A stretch of 64,000 nucleotides of DNA from the NCBI RefSeq assembly GCF_021869535.1, contig NW_026262734.1:39960487-40024486 (forward strand). Direction: 5' to 3'. Below the pieces are notes generated by a model. The model was not told the DNA's origin, did no database searches, and was given only the letters and a program-made list of their open reading frames with translations. The DNA comes from Mytilus californianus. Taxonomy: Eukaryota. The translations under genes were made by a program, and so were the position numbers. This document shows, one piece after another, positions 14,007 to 27,989 of the stretch. The stretch's first letter is position 1. The number at the start of each line of letters is the position of its first letter.

Positions 14007-14112
14007 GTTTGAAATCTCCTTGGATCCGGACCATACAGTGATACCATTTCTTGAGGTTGTAATGAGAGCCAAAACTGGTATTATGGTCAACTTTAAAGAA
14101 AGAAGCTCCTGA
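14007..14112 (+). CDS. CYP4-like P450 gene 1 terminal exon: (R)FEISLDPDHTVIPFLEVVMRAKTGIMVNFKERSS, stop TGA at 14110-14112
   Basis: Acceptor ag 14005-06. In-frame stop. Typical CYP4 C-terminus. Confidence 0.8.
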
Positions 14113-14150
14113 GTAGTCAAGAAGAAGTGAAAAGTGAAATCTAGATTTTA

Positions 14151-14156
14151 AATAAA
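14151..14156 (+). promoter_or_regulatory. Candidate polyadenylation signal AATAAA for CYP4-like gene 1
   Basis: AATAAA 39 nt after the stop codon. Confidence 0.5.
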
Positions 14157-14949
14157 GAAGTTCCTGAATTGTACTTTATGCCCAATTGATAGATTGTTTA
14201 AATTTAATTTTCATTGTTTAATTTTTTCCAAACTTGTAGATTTTATCAATGGTTACTTAGGGACAAGGCATATTTTAGTTGGTGAATTGGACAAAGAAGA
14301 GTCTTCCTTTCCCTCATTTTGACTTATTTTACTAGCAAAAGATAATTTTAATCCTAATGAATGAGCATGCAATTTTTCATCACTTTAGAACAATTTGATA
14401 TTTGTATACTAGTGAGTTGTACCATGAAATAGATTTTCAGACCTCATTGGCAGTCATTTTCTGTTTGTATATACTTTGAATTTTTTGAATCCAATATGTA
14501 CAGTGCATTGAATTTTTCATTACATATAACTGAGTGTGTGTATTAAGGAATAATTGGACATATTTGGTGTGGTACTTCATATTGATAATGTCTATCCTGT
14601 AAGTGATTTTTAGATCTGCATTGTAGTCACTTCCTGTTAAACTACTGATAATTTGAATTTTTATTTTATCATCTTTGCACAGGATTTTCACTTCATATTA
14701 CACAACTTCTGTATAAGGGCCTTTGGTTTTCTCTTTTGAATTGTTTCACATTTTCTATCCAGGGGCCTATACAATATTGGTCTCATTGACATTATTATCA
14801 CATCTCCTTATTTTTGAACCAGCCAATCTGACAAGCTCACAGGCTCTATCTTAAATAGCAAATTACAGATCTAACAGACATTCTCTTCTTGATTGATTAT
14901 AATTATACTTTTATTTTTTAATTATACCTGATGAGCATGTAAATTTTCA

Positions 14950-15260
14950 TTAATTAAGCTAAAGGAATGACTAATATTTTTTCAGTCTATGAAGAAATAT
15001 CATCAAAAATGTGGTGCACACTGAATAACTAGCATAGCTGGTTATTTAAAAGAGTGCAGCACATTTTTTATGTTATTTCTAATAGACAGAAAAAATATTA
15101 CAGTCTTTCCCTATAATTTAATTCTAAATTCCATTTTTAAGAAGTAAATCTGTATTTAATCATGAAAAAACGTTGATGATGTCATAGTCACATGACAAAA
15201 TTATGTCTATGAGCTGATAGACAAAAAAACTTTCAGCCAATCAGAAGACGTATTACATCC
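14950..15260 (+). mobile_element. MITE-like element with a ~60-bp perfect-arm hairpin (aaaatgtggtgcacac...gtgtgcaccacattttt) and an arm carrying TGATGTCAT / CAGCCAATCAGAAGACG (CCAAT Y-box)
   Basis: Reverse-complement copy at 28020-28300. Confidence 0.6.
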
Positions 15261-15959
15261 AAAATTAAATTAATGCCTAATAACAAGTTGGAGTATACTT
15301 ACATGACTGACATCTAGAACAACTTCTTGTTTACTTATTTTCGTCAAAATTTGATTTACAACACAGCTGAATGTCATAGCATGAAGGTTGGTTTGTTTGT
15401 TTGTTTATGTGTGACAACACTTTCAGCATCCTTGGCTATATCATTAGGACCATTTTTTGTTGGTGGAGATTGTGTTATTTTTTATGATTGAGTTCATTAT
15501 TGATTGTATTGTTAACGATTTCTCAATTAGAGAAGATGAATATTTGATTTCTGTTTATTAGACTTATATTGATATTTATGATTTATACTCAACTATATTC
15601 TAGATACATAATTTAGTTTTAAAAATTGTAGCAGGTCAAATTTTTAAAATGACTGAGGAGAAGTTACATCGAAGGTCTCAATTGGCCATGTAAATTCAAT
15701 GAAAAATAAAATATTGCATATTAGGTAGTTATTATTGATCAAATTCTATGAGCTTTAAAAGAAAGGCTATATAAAAATGTGTATATTTGCCAAACCTTCT
15801 TGACACAATTTATCTGTAACTTCATTAAAGTAATGTCATAGGGAGATTTTCAAGTTTTTCAGCAAAAATAGGCTAATTTCAGAGAATTTAGCTAGATTAA
15901 CTTAGTGCATATGCATCATCCAAAATTATATTTTGCCAATGAATAAATAAACACATTAG

Positions 15960-16230
15960 GTGATCCAGGTTAATTTTTAGTTTGTGAGTCTACTATGATG
16001 AGTTACAGATTGAGTTTATGTTTCTGCTAAGCTGAATTGTTGCTGAAATTACGGGCTTTGGACTTTGAAAATTTCTAGAAAATAACAGTTAAAGGACTTT
16101 TTTTCTAAATGCCTTCACATATTGAGCTGATTTTTAGTATGTGGGTCAACCATGATCAGTTACAGGTCGAGTTTATGTTTGCTTCTGCTCCACTGATTTT
16201 TGCTGAAATTACGGGCATTAGACTTTGAAA
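15960..16230. repeat. Tandem duplication of a ~120-bp unit (ttttagt.tg.gtc.ac.atgat.agttacag.t.gagtttatgtt...gctgaaattacgggc.t.gactttgaaaat)
   Basis: Direct reading of two adjacent copies. Confidence 0.7.
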
Positions 16231-18975
16231 ATTGCCACTCTTAAAAATGGCTTCAAGCTTTTTTTGTGTGCAGGGCTATTCGTGTTGTTCCAACACATCT
16301 AGTATGATGAAGGTTATGCACAACTTTCTATCTATTCATTTAGAGAATTTTATTGCAGCTTTTGGTGGATTAGTCAAGTTAAATTATCTCCCCTGTGTAA
16401 CGTTGGATTGGAATTTATTTTTTATTTTATACTAGTTTGTGGCAGCTAATCCATCAGGTATTTTTGTAAACTTATCTAATTACAGGTTTTTCTTTCACCC
16501 CAGGGTACCACCATTTAAATTGTGAAAAGTGTTAAAGACCTGTTTTAGTGTGTGTTTATAAACCCTGTTTATATTTCGGTAGAGACAATATTGATGAAGA
16601 AGATATATTTTTAAAATAGTTGGACAAAAAATTACGCTGAATGGATTTTCATAAACCAATGTACAACGATTTCAAGATTTATATAAACAACAGAAAATAT
16701 ATTTAAAAAAGACAGAAAAGTGTAAATAGACCATTTTAGTTTGAATCTGTATTAAAAATTTACAGACCTCATACTCGATAAATTTGTTTAAACATGAAAT
16801 AAATCATTTTGATTATTTTTGTAATTGTTTGTTTGTTATATTTCATTGCATTTCATGAGGGCCTCAGGGAAGATTAGTGTTAGAGCTAACTGTGTAACCC
16901 TCTTTAAATAAAGAATTAATATGTCACCTGATTGACAATGTCGGGTGACATATTGCTTTTCCTCTGTTTCTTTTTCTCCTTTTATTATTATTTTTCTTCC
17001 ACCTGAATTTGTCCGGCAGGTTTCTCAGAGGCAATGGAACCAATCTTCATGATTGTTGAGCATAATAAGGACCACCATCAGTAGAGTTGCAGTGAAACTC
17101 TGGAACTTTAAAATGGCCGCCGTTTCCATGGAAACAGCAAAAGTGTGAAAAATATTTTTTTTGTTTTTGATGACTAATTTGAGAATGCCTGAACTAAATA
17201 TCATCAAATTTTTATACAACATAGGTATCCACTATATACAGGTTTTGGATGTTTTTGAGCATCATCGGAACTACTGTATTGCCATGGAAACTGGGGAAAG
17301 GTTTCCCATTATAACCCTATGGGAAAAACCTAAAGTAGCATTTTCTCTCTTAAAACGGTAGGTCAAATCCATTGAAACTTTGATGGTATGTTCCCTCCCA
17401 TGTACCAATGTGGCATCTGTCATTATAATTTTGGAAATGGTCTTTGTTACCATGGAAACCAGAAAAAATATCAAAAATTTCAAAATGCACCAAACTTAAT
17501 GTAACTTTATATTAATGCTAACTGGCATGTATAGATAAGACTTTTGACTTTGGAATTTCCAAAATGGTCACCGTTGCCATGGAAACAGCAAAAATGTGAA
17601 AATTTCAAAATGCCCCAAATGTTCTAAAAATTTACAGAAAGATGTATTGCCATGCATATATGTGCATTCACTGTTTAAATTGTTTTAAATGGATGCCACT
17701 TAGTGGCAATGGGGGGAAGGGTGACATCTGCTATTGCTTGCAATGGCAAATCTAGTTATTATTATTATATTATTATTATTCTTATGAATGTCATAATGAT
17801 GTCTTAACTGTAGAATTTTGTAAAATAATAGCTGCTCATTCTGCCATATAATGTTTAATAATGTTTTTTGCCATACTTTTGGCCATTCAAATATTTACGG
17901 AATATTTCAAGAATATGGCACAGTAAGAAAATCAATATTAGGCTTTGAAATTGAGAATTCTTTTGCTGAAAAATTACCTTTAATGAAAATGTATAGCTTG
18001 AATAATACAGGTTAAAATGAAAATATGTCTACTACTTAGTAGATGCATTACATCAAGAAAAAATTGATAAAAAGCTACCACACTTTTCTTATGAAAGAGT
18101 ATTATGCATTTTCAATATTGATTTGTCCTATTTCAGAATGATTTTGATATTTAGATTAGATGCAGAGTCATACACTTTATGGTACTATATAGAGGGAATT
18201 TGAGATAAACTTTTTTACAGTTTATTATACAGAATTGGGTTTGCTCATTGTTGAAGGCTGTATGGTAAACTGTTATTTGTTCACTTCTTTGTCCTTTGGT
18301 CTTTATGGATAGTTTTCTCATTGGCAATTATACCACATTTCCTCATTTTTTATTTTATAGTTATTGTTAGATTTGGTTGTATATACATTAGTTAGGTTTT
18401 TTTTTATTTACTCTTTATAATCAAAGCAATACAGTATTAAATGCCAATGCAATTTGTTGTGTGTCTGTTTAACTGCATTATTTATAACTCTTATATTAAT
18501 ATTAAACATATATAGGGAGTGTTTGTGCTTTTTTACAATGCCATGCTTTTCAGACTTTTATATCAGACATAAGTCAGAGTTGTGTATCTGCATTTTAAAA
18601 ACTTTTAATTACCCAAAAAAATTTTATTTGACAGGCTTTTTTATTATCTTAACTTACTGTCAGCAAAATGTTGTGGAATCTTTTTGTAAATTTTGTTGTG
18701 TTTTTAATGTGTATGGCACATTCTTTTGTATCTGGGAAATTTGCATTATCATGTAATCAAGTACTTCTTATTTAAAAATTAAATACAGATTAAATGAATT
18801 ATAAGTCATACCTGCTCTCTCTAAACAAAGAATGGAAAACATGGATAAGAATATCTTTTATAAGGAAGAGATAATCATACTTTGTAAAAAAAAAGTTTTA
18901 TTTGTGGCAGTCTGAATTCTGAACATTTTCTGAAAATAACCATCATCAAGGTGTTGAGTTATGATTGACAACATA

Positions 18976-19195
18976 CTGTGGATTCATTATTATTCTTGGG
19001 ATACTATTTGTATGTGGATTACATGGGTATAGGTTACCAGGGTAACCTCAAATTTAAATGTTTAACATTGTACGAATTCTACAGGCTTGTTTGCAAACTT
19101 TGGCACAACCATCATCAGATCTCAAATATCCATGAAAATACAATTTTTCATCAATCCATGAAAATTAGTGTCCACGAAAATAAATGAATCCACAG
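18976..19195. mobile_element. Tc1/mariner-type MITE: TIR CTGTGGATTCAT...ATGAATCCACAG flanked by TA on both sides
   Basis: 12-bp perfect TIRs with TA flanks. Second copy at 52953-53160 and a partial one at 19916-20000. Confidence 0.6.
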
Positions 19196-22100
19196 TATTT
19201 TTTTCAAAGTAAGATGGAATTGTTTATTAACAGACTCTGCATGCAATCCTCTTGGAATCTACTGCAATCCTCTTCTTGCCAACTTGACTTTTATTAGTAT
19301 GAGGTCTAATTCATTCAGTAATTCATTCAGGAATTTCTTTAATTAAGGATGTAGTCATGTCAGGTTTAGGAGTTTTTGTCAGATGTTCGGACTCCTTGGT
19401 TTTTTTCCTACGATACAGGGTAAAATATTTTGCCCCATATTACCCACATTTCTTTTCATATAAGACTTCAATAGCTAATAAAAGGTCATTTACCAAAATT
19501 TAAGCAGATTCTAGATTTCTTTTCTTACAATTTGCAACCCAAAATGAAATAATGCCAAAACTAAATATAAGGTAAAAGTCTGAGTCAGCCTTTTCCCACC
19601 ATTTTTTTTAAATCAAATATCTCGAAAAGGAGTTCCATAATCCATCAATATTTTTAGCTTATTTTGTTCCTAAACTAATGTTCTTTTGATTTATAGTATC
19701 AATTTTAAATTCCACCGATTTTTTTTTTTATTTCACCCGACTACATCCTTAAGCATCATAAAACAAACATCAACTTCACTGAGTCTGCTTCAAAGATGCG
19801 GTCCTTTCACAGAATAGTCACAGAGAACCATTACGGCATTAATTTACACAAACAGGATGGTGAAATTAGGTGCTACAGAAAAGTAAGCAATTCCTGCTCT
19901 ATTAATGGCACCCAGGAATGTATGGGATACTGTGGATTCATTGTTAATTGTGGGATACCAGATTTCGTGGGTATAGGATAACCACAAATTTAAATGTTCA
20001 ACAAAGTACAAATGTTCTGTAGGGGTTCTGTTATTGTAAAGAACAAGATTATACTGTTCTGTCTCAGTTATTTTTATAATAAGCCCTTAACATACATGTG
20101 ATGGACTGTGAAACTCAGATCAGGAGATTGGGAAATTTTGGTCAGGAGATTAGGACTCAGATCAGGAGGTTTTTTATCGACATAAATTTTGTCGTAAATT
20201 TAACCGTATGATGTAGAAATTGTCTTGTAAAGTGTTTTTTCTTCAACTTTCCCTCAGAATGTAATATGTTTATAGTACTCTTGTTGCCTTTCTATTTGAA
20301 TGATATCATATTAAAAAAAAATATTGAGGATGTTCTGTTTCTTGTTTTGTTTTGGATAATTGATTGTTGACTGCTTGTAAATAAAGCTTTATGACGTTTT
20401 CTTTGTGTATAGATTTGTATTCATGTCTCTTGTAACTGTATAGACAAATAAGAAAGAAATATGCTATACATGTATATTGATAACATGATAAAAAGATTAA
20501 AAAAGTAACAAACAATAACAATAGTAATGCATGGTGTTTAGCATTATGACAGTCTTATTTCTAGAAAAATTAAAAAACTCAAACAGTTTGAAATATTTAG
20601 TTATTTACAGATAGATCACTAAATTTATAATATTGAGAAATATTATTTATTATCTGGGTCATGCTAGAGGTGTTTTTTTTTTATCATGCTATTATAAGAG
20701 GGGTTTTTTTACATCGCGATGACCTTGGGGTCATTCAGATGTATTGCTATCGCCTAGATTTCCATTATGTAAATTAGTTTTGGGTTTGTAACCGATCTAT
20801 AAACATGATAAATATGCGCACATAAACGAATGCAAAATAACATTCCTTATCGTTTGATATAAATACATCTCTTCAATGAATACTGATAAAAATATTTTTG
20901 TTTACAAAATAAATTAATAATATGAAAATGTTTTGTAGTTAGATATATATATATAAGTAAAAAATCATTGATAATATCAATGCAGACGTACCGAAAAATT
21001 GTGTTAAAGCATGCGGAAGAATATCTCAGAGAACTTTTTGCGAGGACCGGTAACTCTGTAATTGTTTTTGCGGGAAAATATGAATGCCTACTCGTATCCA
21101 ATCTTAGAAAAATCGAATTTTTACAGAAAAGTGTCCACCATGTATACTGATTTGTATCACTACAATATAATAGTTATTACGGTGAAGTTGAATTTCCTGT
21201 CATTTATTCATCATCCACGTACGAACTTGTCTCAGAAAAAAATATATCTCTGTACATTAACCTCAGTTTCAGGTAAAGAGATATGTTGTTTTTTTCTGAG
21301 ACAAGTGCTTTTGACCATCCTCAAGAACTTGTGGTCATCCGATGTTCAGTACTTCAGTACTTTGATTTATCTTTATTATTATCATGCTAGAGGTAACCGA
21401 CATGATCAAAACCTCATCAAATATTTTGTAGGTCAGTCTTACTATATAAATTTTAATTTAAGCCTTGAAAATAAGTCTAGATTCCTCAAATAATTTTTAA
21501 ATTTATATTTTCTTATTTGTCCCAAAACATTTAAAATCTTTTAATTACAATCCTTATATGACTATTTGATTAAAATAATATTCATTTATATTCTTTTTAC
21601 AATTTAAATTATTGATAGAAAAATAACTTAAAACAGGATAAATCAAAGGGAAGTGACCAAAATTTATTTCAATTATTTTTCAATACACATAGTTTTTATT
21701 ACACAACGGCAGTTAGCCAGAGGTAAACATCGTTGATTACCAGTATGTTTGACACCCAAGCTGTCACGTAAAGCCATATAATTATACATCTTCTTTGATT
21801 TACAGGTAAAATTTAACACAGGTGTGAGTTACACCCGTAGTAAGAAATTATCAAAAATGGTGTCTGAAAATTTCATTCATGAAGTATTTCATACAAGGGA
21901 TTTTTTTTCTCCTTAACGGGAGGACAGGAGGATACCCCTGAAAACGGGATTATTGTCCTCCCGTCGGGAGGTTCACATGTATGCCTTAAAGATGTGGTAT
22001 GCTTGCAAATGAGACAACTATCCTCCAGAGACCAAATGATGTAGATATAATCAACTATAGGTCACCATATGGCCTTCAACAATGAGCAAAACTCATATCA

Positions 22101-23767
22101 TATACATGTAGTAAAATACATCACAGAATTTTACATGCTTGTAGTTTTCCTAAGCTTTCTTTCATACCTCAACATTATCTGTCAAAGCTGTGCACACCTT
22201 CAATGAACAAACTTAGAGTTCATAAAAGTCAAGTTTGGTTTCATATTAATTTATAAGTATAGATTCAGAGGAAAAGATATTGATGTATAATAAATACCGG
22301 TATTGTGGATTTCATTTATTTTTGAGGATACTCAGATTTTTGTGGTTTGAGGAAGCATTGTATTTTAGTGGATATTTGATTTTGTGGTTTTTACAAAGTC
22401 TGCACACAAGTATACAGACCAAATGATGGTGAAATGGTCTTATGATAATAAACATTCAGGAATAATTTATTCATTTAATCAAATTGTTATACATAATTAA
22501 GTATTCAAGGAGAACTTTCAGATTATTATAGGTGGCCAGCATCAGCAGTCCACAAAATACTTCACGGAAAATCAAAGATTAGGAACAGGAACCCCACCAA
22601 ACACCAAAGGGAGAACTAAGATGATCCAGAATGAGAAACAGTTCCAGCTCTACTAATGCCACCTGTCTTGTTACTCATCCCAATTAAATATTTGGTGATA
22701 ATAATTAGTCATATTTGAGATAAGGAAGACTTGAGATGAATTCCAATTTACCATTAAGAACCCTTGGTTAAAAAGCTTCACTTAAAGCAGCAACCATCCA
22801 CCAAGGAAACCCTAGCACTTGGCTATTGTATCAACACCCATAGCCAGGGGGTTTGGATGACCCCTAAAAAATACTATGACAGACTATTCAAGTCAGATAC
22901 AGAAAGAACTTTGAATATTAAAGTCAGTGTCATGACCCAAAATAGCACCCCTAAGTGAATCCCTTACAAGGAGATACTCCAAATGTTTCTACATAAAAAT
23001 GGGAAATTCCCAAAGGAAAAATTGAATTAACTCCATTGTGAAAAAGTTTGGTTCTCAACCGACCCTCCAATATATTATTGATTTTAATAATAAATATATG
23101 ACCCAAAATGCATATTATATATATATCTACTTGATCAGCCTTCAAAGGAAAAAACCTAAACTAAGAAAAAAAATTTAGCATCAATGAGTGTCCCAGTCTA
23201 GATGTGGTCCTTCATTTCTGTATTTTTTTATTTTTGATGCCATTTTTCTCTATTTTTAGCTCACCGGGGCCCGAAGGGCACCATGTGAGCTTATGCCATC
23301 ACTTGGCGTCCGTCGTCGTCCGTCGTCTGTCGTCGTCGTCTGTTGTCGTCTTCTGTCGTCTGTCGTCGTCCGTCGTCGTCGTCTGTCATCGTCTGTCGTC
23401 GTAAACTATTTAAAAAATCTTCTCTGAAACTACTGGGCCAAATACCTTCAAACTTTAATTAAATGTTCCTTAGGGTATCTAGTTTATAAATTGTATCCGA
23501 AGTTTTGATCCATCGACAAACATGGCCGCCATGGCTAAAAATAGAACATAGGGGTCAAATGCAGTTTTTGGCTTATATCTCAAAAACTAAAGCTTTTAGA
23601 GCAAATCTGACAAGGGGTAAAATTGTTCAGTTGGTCAAGATCTATCAGCTCTGACATTTTCAGACGAATCAAACAACCCATTGTTGGGTTGCTGCCACCG
23701 AATTGGTAGTTTTAACAAAATTTTGCAGTTTTTTGTTATTATTTTGAATACTATTATAGATATATAT

Positions 23768-23920
23768 GTAGGACTCCGAACCGCGATGGTCACGCTGATG
23801 TGCGATGGTTTGACGATGAAGTGCATTTTTAATCACGCTGAAGTGCGATAGTGGCATTGTGACGCTATATTGTTGATAGCTACGCCGAAGTGCGATGGTG
23901 GTTACGCTGAAGTGCGATGG
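23768..23920 (+). repeat. Left TIR with subterminal tandem repeats (acgctgaagtgcgatgg x4-5)
   Basis: Direct alignment with the reverse complement of 42866-42977. Confidence 0.8.
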
Positions 23921-24889
23921 ATTACGTAAACTATATTTTCAATATTTTTCATGTTCACATGCAACGGTTATTTACCATAAAAACCAGTGACTAAAAATGT
24001 GATAGCTGTTTAAAATACAATTCCACATTTCCATTCTCAATTTTAATATAATAAGGTCCTAATAAACTTATCACCGTCGGTGGTTTTTATTGCGACTGAA
24101 AAAAAATGGAAAGTTTTTTTTCATATTTAAGATTAAGGTAGAGAAGGACACTGTAGGCCAAAAAAATCTAGCCAATGAACTTTCTTAAATTTCCCATATA
24201 TTGTTCATTGGGGTGTACCTAACAAAATATCAAAATTTGAGAATAGGTTTCCAGGCTATTTTTAGAAATATTCTTTGAAAAAGTTACCTCCCTTTGCAGT
24301 CCTAAAAATGTCATTTTTTTGCCATTTTTAAGCTATAAAGGTACCTGCCAAAAATGGCATATATATTTTTTTTTACTTTTTCTCTTAACAATATGATAAA
24401 TGAATATTTTGAAATATTTTAGACATAATATTTAAAAAAAAAATATATTTTTTTCAAAATGGCTACCCTTTTTTGTAATATGCCTGTTGCCGGCTTGTGT
24501 AAAATTTTGCCAAAAAAATATTTTAAAAGTAAAAAAAAAAAAAATTGTGTCAATGAATTTTTTTTTAAATTGGTATATAAAATACTTTATATCCATGCTA
24601 CAAGTCATAAAAAAATAAAGATATGTTTCCAGGGAAAATAAAAAGTTACGGGGGTAGAATGACACCCTGTCACACTCCCTTTTATGCATATTTCATGAAA
24701 AATATCAAAATTTTTCACTTATTTTTTCAACTCTCTTAACTAAAGGTGGGATTATTTCTTAAATGAGCATTGGTTTTGCAGCATCCATGTCTTTGTAATA
24801 TTATTTTATCCTTTCAATTAACCTTAAAATAAAACGACATTTTTCCTGTACATTTTTCAATACAGACGTTCCTAAAAACAGTCCCGCTG

Positions 24890-25190
24890 CAAATGTTTAC
24901 ACCTGTCCTAAGTCAGGAATCTGATGTACAGTAGTTGTCGTCTGTTTATGTAGTTCATACGTGTTTCTCGTTTCTCGTTTTTATATAGATTAGACCGTTG
25001 GTTTTCCCGTTTGAATGATTTTACACTAGTAATTTTTGGGGCCCTTTATAGCTTGCTGTTCGGTGTGAGCCAATGCTCCGTGTTGAAGGCCGTACCTTGA
25101 CCTATAATGGTTTACTTTTATAAATTGTAACTTGGATGGAGAGTTGTCTCATTGGCACTCATACCACATCTTCCTATATCTATATAGACT
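24890..25190 (+). mobile_element. SINE/MITE-like dispersed repeat (~300 bp) ending ggagagttgtctcattggcactcataccacatcttcctatatct
   Basis: Near-identical copy at 52405-52690. Terminal fragments in either orientation at 100-180, 2215-2260, 5495-5600, 21985-22110, 38860-38925, 40795-40965 and 63395-63440. Confidence 0.6.
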
Positions 25191-27021
25191 AGTGTGATGT
25201 TTGATCTGAATGATTGTTGTGAAAGTCTTGGAAGTGTAAAAATCAACATACTCATTAATCACTGTTCATGATTATAATGATGCAGCAAAAAAGAATATAT
25301 ATATATATGTAAAATAAATTTTATTTTTACGTCATTTTTTTTTATGTAATTACCATCCACATTCATAAATGTAAACAAAACTCAAGAGCAGACATTTTAC
25401 AGACACCAATTGATTTTTATCTAGATGGACCATGTCTCAATGATATAAAACAAACCACTGTAATTATCAAAACATTATGATAATATAACATCAATTTACA
25501 AAAAATATCCAGAATGAGAATGTGGATGACACTTGCAAAAGTGTATATTCTCAAAAACAAAAAAATAAATATGGGGCAGATTCAGTTTCCAAGGGACTCA
25601 CTGAAACGTTTAATTTGTCCAATTTCATGAAAACTACAATCTCTGAAAATATATTTGCGAGTGACTTGATCCAGTTTATACACCAATAAATTCCTTTAAA
25701 AAAGCGTTTAATCATATTATTCTTTAATTTTTTACCAAAAAAAATATTTTTCCACACTCGTAATCATCATCATACGTCAATACATGTAGTATATGTGTGT
25801 CATTGAATTGGCCAGGCGCATGAATTTATTTGTTGGTTAACGCAAAAATATGTACTCGTGTAATTTGTTATCTGATAAAAAAATAAACTACAAAAAGTTT
25901 TATTTTCATTCAAATGAATTTTTTGTGTTTGTATTCAATTTAAAGATTAATGCAAAGTGAAAATAAATAGTTTTAACATTGAGTCGGATTGTGTTACTAT
26001 CGCCTCATTGATTACAAAAAGAAGTTCGGTCAACATCGTCTATTGAAAAATAAACAATTTCAAGAACAACTACCCGAGGTCCTCTCGACCAATTATATCA
26101 AAGTATTCCCTAATATGCAAATCATATAAGAAGTATGATAATATAACATCAATTTACAATACATATCCAGGATGAGAATGTGGATTAAACTTGCAAAAGT
26201 GTATATTCTCAAAAATAAAAAATAAATATGGGGCAGATTCAGTTTCCAAGGGACTCACTGAAACGTTTGTCCAATTTCATGAAAACTGCAATCTCTGAAA
26301 AATATTCCATTAAAACTTTATATAAAACAATAGTCTTGCCCTTAGATCAGATTGCTACAACAAATCTTACAAAAATGTGGAAAAAGGGGTGAGGTAGGGA
26401 AGGGCAAGATGGTAAAACTTTGGAACTGATACATTACAATATTGTTACTTTTATTCAACCTTATGAGTCCCCTCATTTCTGATTTATGGCCTAGCCTAAT
26501 GCTTATTATGTTGGTTCATGTAAATGAATTGAAGTTATCTCCCCTTTATTAATATTAAGTTGACTTGTATTGTGACATAAGCACCTACTTTTGTATAAAA
26601 GTTCATAAAAATCTGTTGAAAAATTTGTCAATCAAAATAAAAATCTGTAAAAGAAATAATCCTTGAGGCTTCAGAAATATTGACTAAATGGAAAATATTT
26701 ATATGTCATGTGATACTTATTGTTGCGTATCTGTCGAGGCAAACTTGGGTTATTGTACAAAATAGGAAACTGTGACAGATGTACAGACAGAGTAATTACT
26801 AAAGGATGCTGCAATTTTATAACAGATCCCTAATTCTTATATATTTGAAGTGTAAGTACTCTTTGGTTACTCAAATTTTAGTAAAAACTTCAATTTATTC
26901 ATAATCAACTTTTAGCAAGGGTTGTTTCAAAGGGTTAGATTTTTAGATAGGCAGAACCAATTTTTCTACTGAATTATAGCATATAAATATCAAATTTTCA
27001 GTCTTTAACCACATATACAGT

Positions 27022-27942
27022 CTATTCCTCTTTTTCAGAAAAAAACTTCTTGAACACATTTGCCGTTTTCCCTTTCAAACCATGTTCCTGCATGATGGAT
27101 TTTACGCCATCTTCATTGTTTCTTTTGTAAGCAAGCTCCAAGTGATGAAGGCTGAGACCTGTGCAGGAAAGTTTCCTTGCAGTGTCTTTTGAAATAACTT
27201 TTTTAACAATGACACTAGAAAAACCCTCTACAATTGACAAATAATTAAACGGAAATAAATCCTTTGCAGAACATGTCTGTTTCAGTTTAAGATGGAACAG
27301 TTTGTATAAACTTCTTACATCCTCCTCAGAATTATGAGCATCATAAACAATCTCCAGAAACTTTTGAACTAATGTTTGTTGCTTATAATTTTGAACATCA
27401 GCTTTTGGTATTTCACGTTTTGCAATTTTCAAAGTGTCAATGCATCCATAAATAAGGTTATCAAAAGAACTCAGCAGATTAAACTCTTGCAACAAATTTC
27501 TTAGTACAGGTACATCATATGAATGGATGTTATGACCAACAAGCACAGGACGAGATTTTTTCTGTATCATTTCAATTAGTTGAAGTAAGGCTTTTCTTAT
27601 ACATACGCTTTCAACTGGAACACCATGGCAATACATTTGGTTTCTCTCAAAAGAGAAAGTAATGCCGGTAACATCACTGGCCTTTGATGAAATAGGTTGT
27701 CGTGGAGACACATAAAGATTTAGCATGTTGGTCCCATCATATGCTGATATTTGTGTTATATCAGAGGTTCTTGATAACCCAGTTGTTTCTAAATCAAACA
27801 CGACATATTCTTCTATGCCTTCCAAAGAATATTTAGTTGGAATCTTTTCAATGTCTCTTACCGACACATTTTCTTCAATTTGTGGTTGATATGTTTCTCC
27901 TTCTATAACTGCTGCTTTAATTTGTTGAAAAGTTTTCTTATG
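27022..27942 (-). CDS. DEDDh 3'-5' exonuclease (DnaQ/TREX-like) main exon: ...VVFDLETTGL (Exo I) ... LVGHNIHSYDVPVL (Exo II) ... YDAHNSEEDV (Exo III), stop at 27022-27024
   Basis: The 306-codon open frame begins directly after a polypyrimidine-AG acceptor at 27943-44. No ATG precedes the Exo I motif, so an upstream start exon is required. Confidence 0.7.
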   Translation of the reverse strand, partial: HKKTFQQIKAAVIEGETYQPQIEENVSVRDIEKIPTKYSLEGIEEYVVFDLETTGLSRTSDITQISAYDGTNMLNLYVSPRQPISSKASDVTGITFSFERNQMYCHGVPVESVCIRKALLQLIEMIQKKSRPVLVGHNIHSYDVPVLRNLLQEFNLLSSFDNLIYGCIDTLKIAKREIPKADVQNYKQQTLVQKFLEIVYDAHNSEEDVRSLYKLFHLKLKQTCSAKDLFPFNYLSIVEGFSSVIVKKVISKDTARKLSCTGLSLHHLELAYKRNNEDGVKSIMQEHGLKGKTANVFKKFFSEKEE

Positions 27943-27989
27943 CTAAAAAAAGACAAAAAGAAAATATTCAGAAAAATCTTTTGTTTATA

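Noticed and set aside
17025-17483. Three mutually overlapping ORFs on both strands
   Set aside because: The region is a set of GCCATGGAAACAGCAAAA-containing repeats. The overlapping frames are inconsistent with a gene.
21062-21493. 143-aa plus-strand ORF
   Set aside because: Low-complexity protein spanning a long palindrome (21225-21305). No recognisable domain and no splice context.
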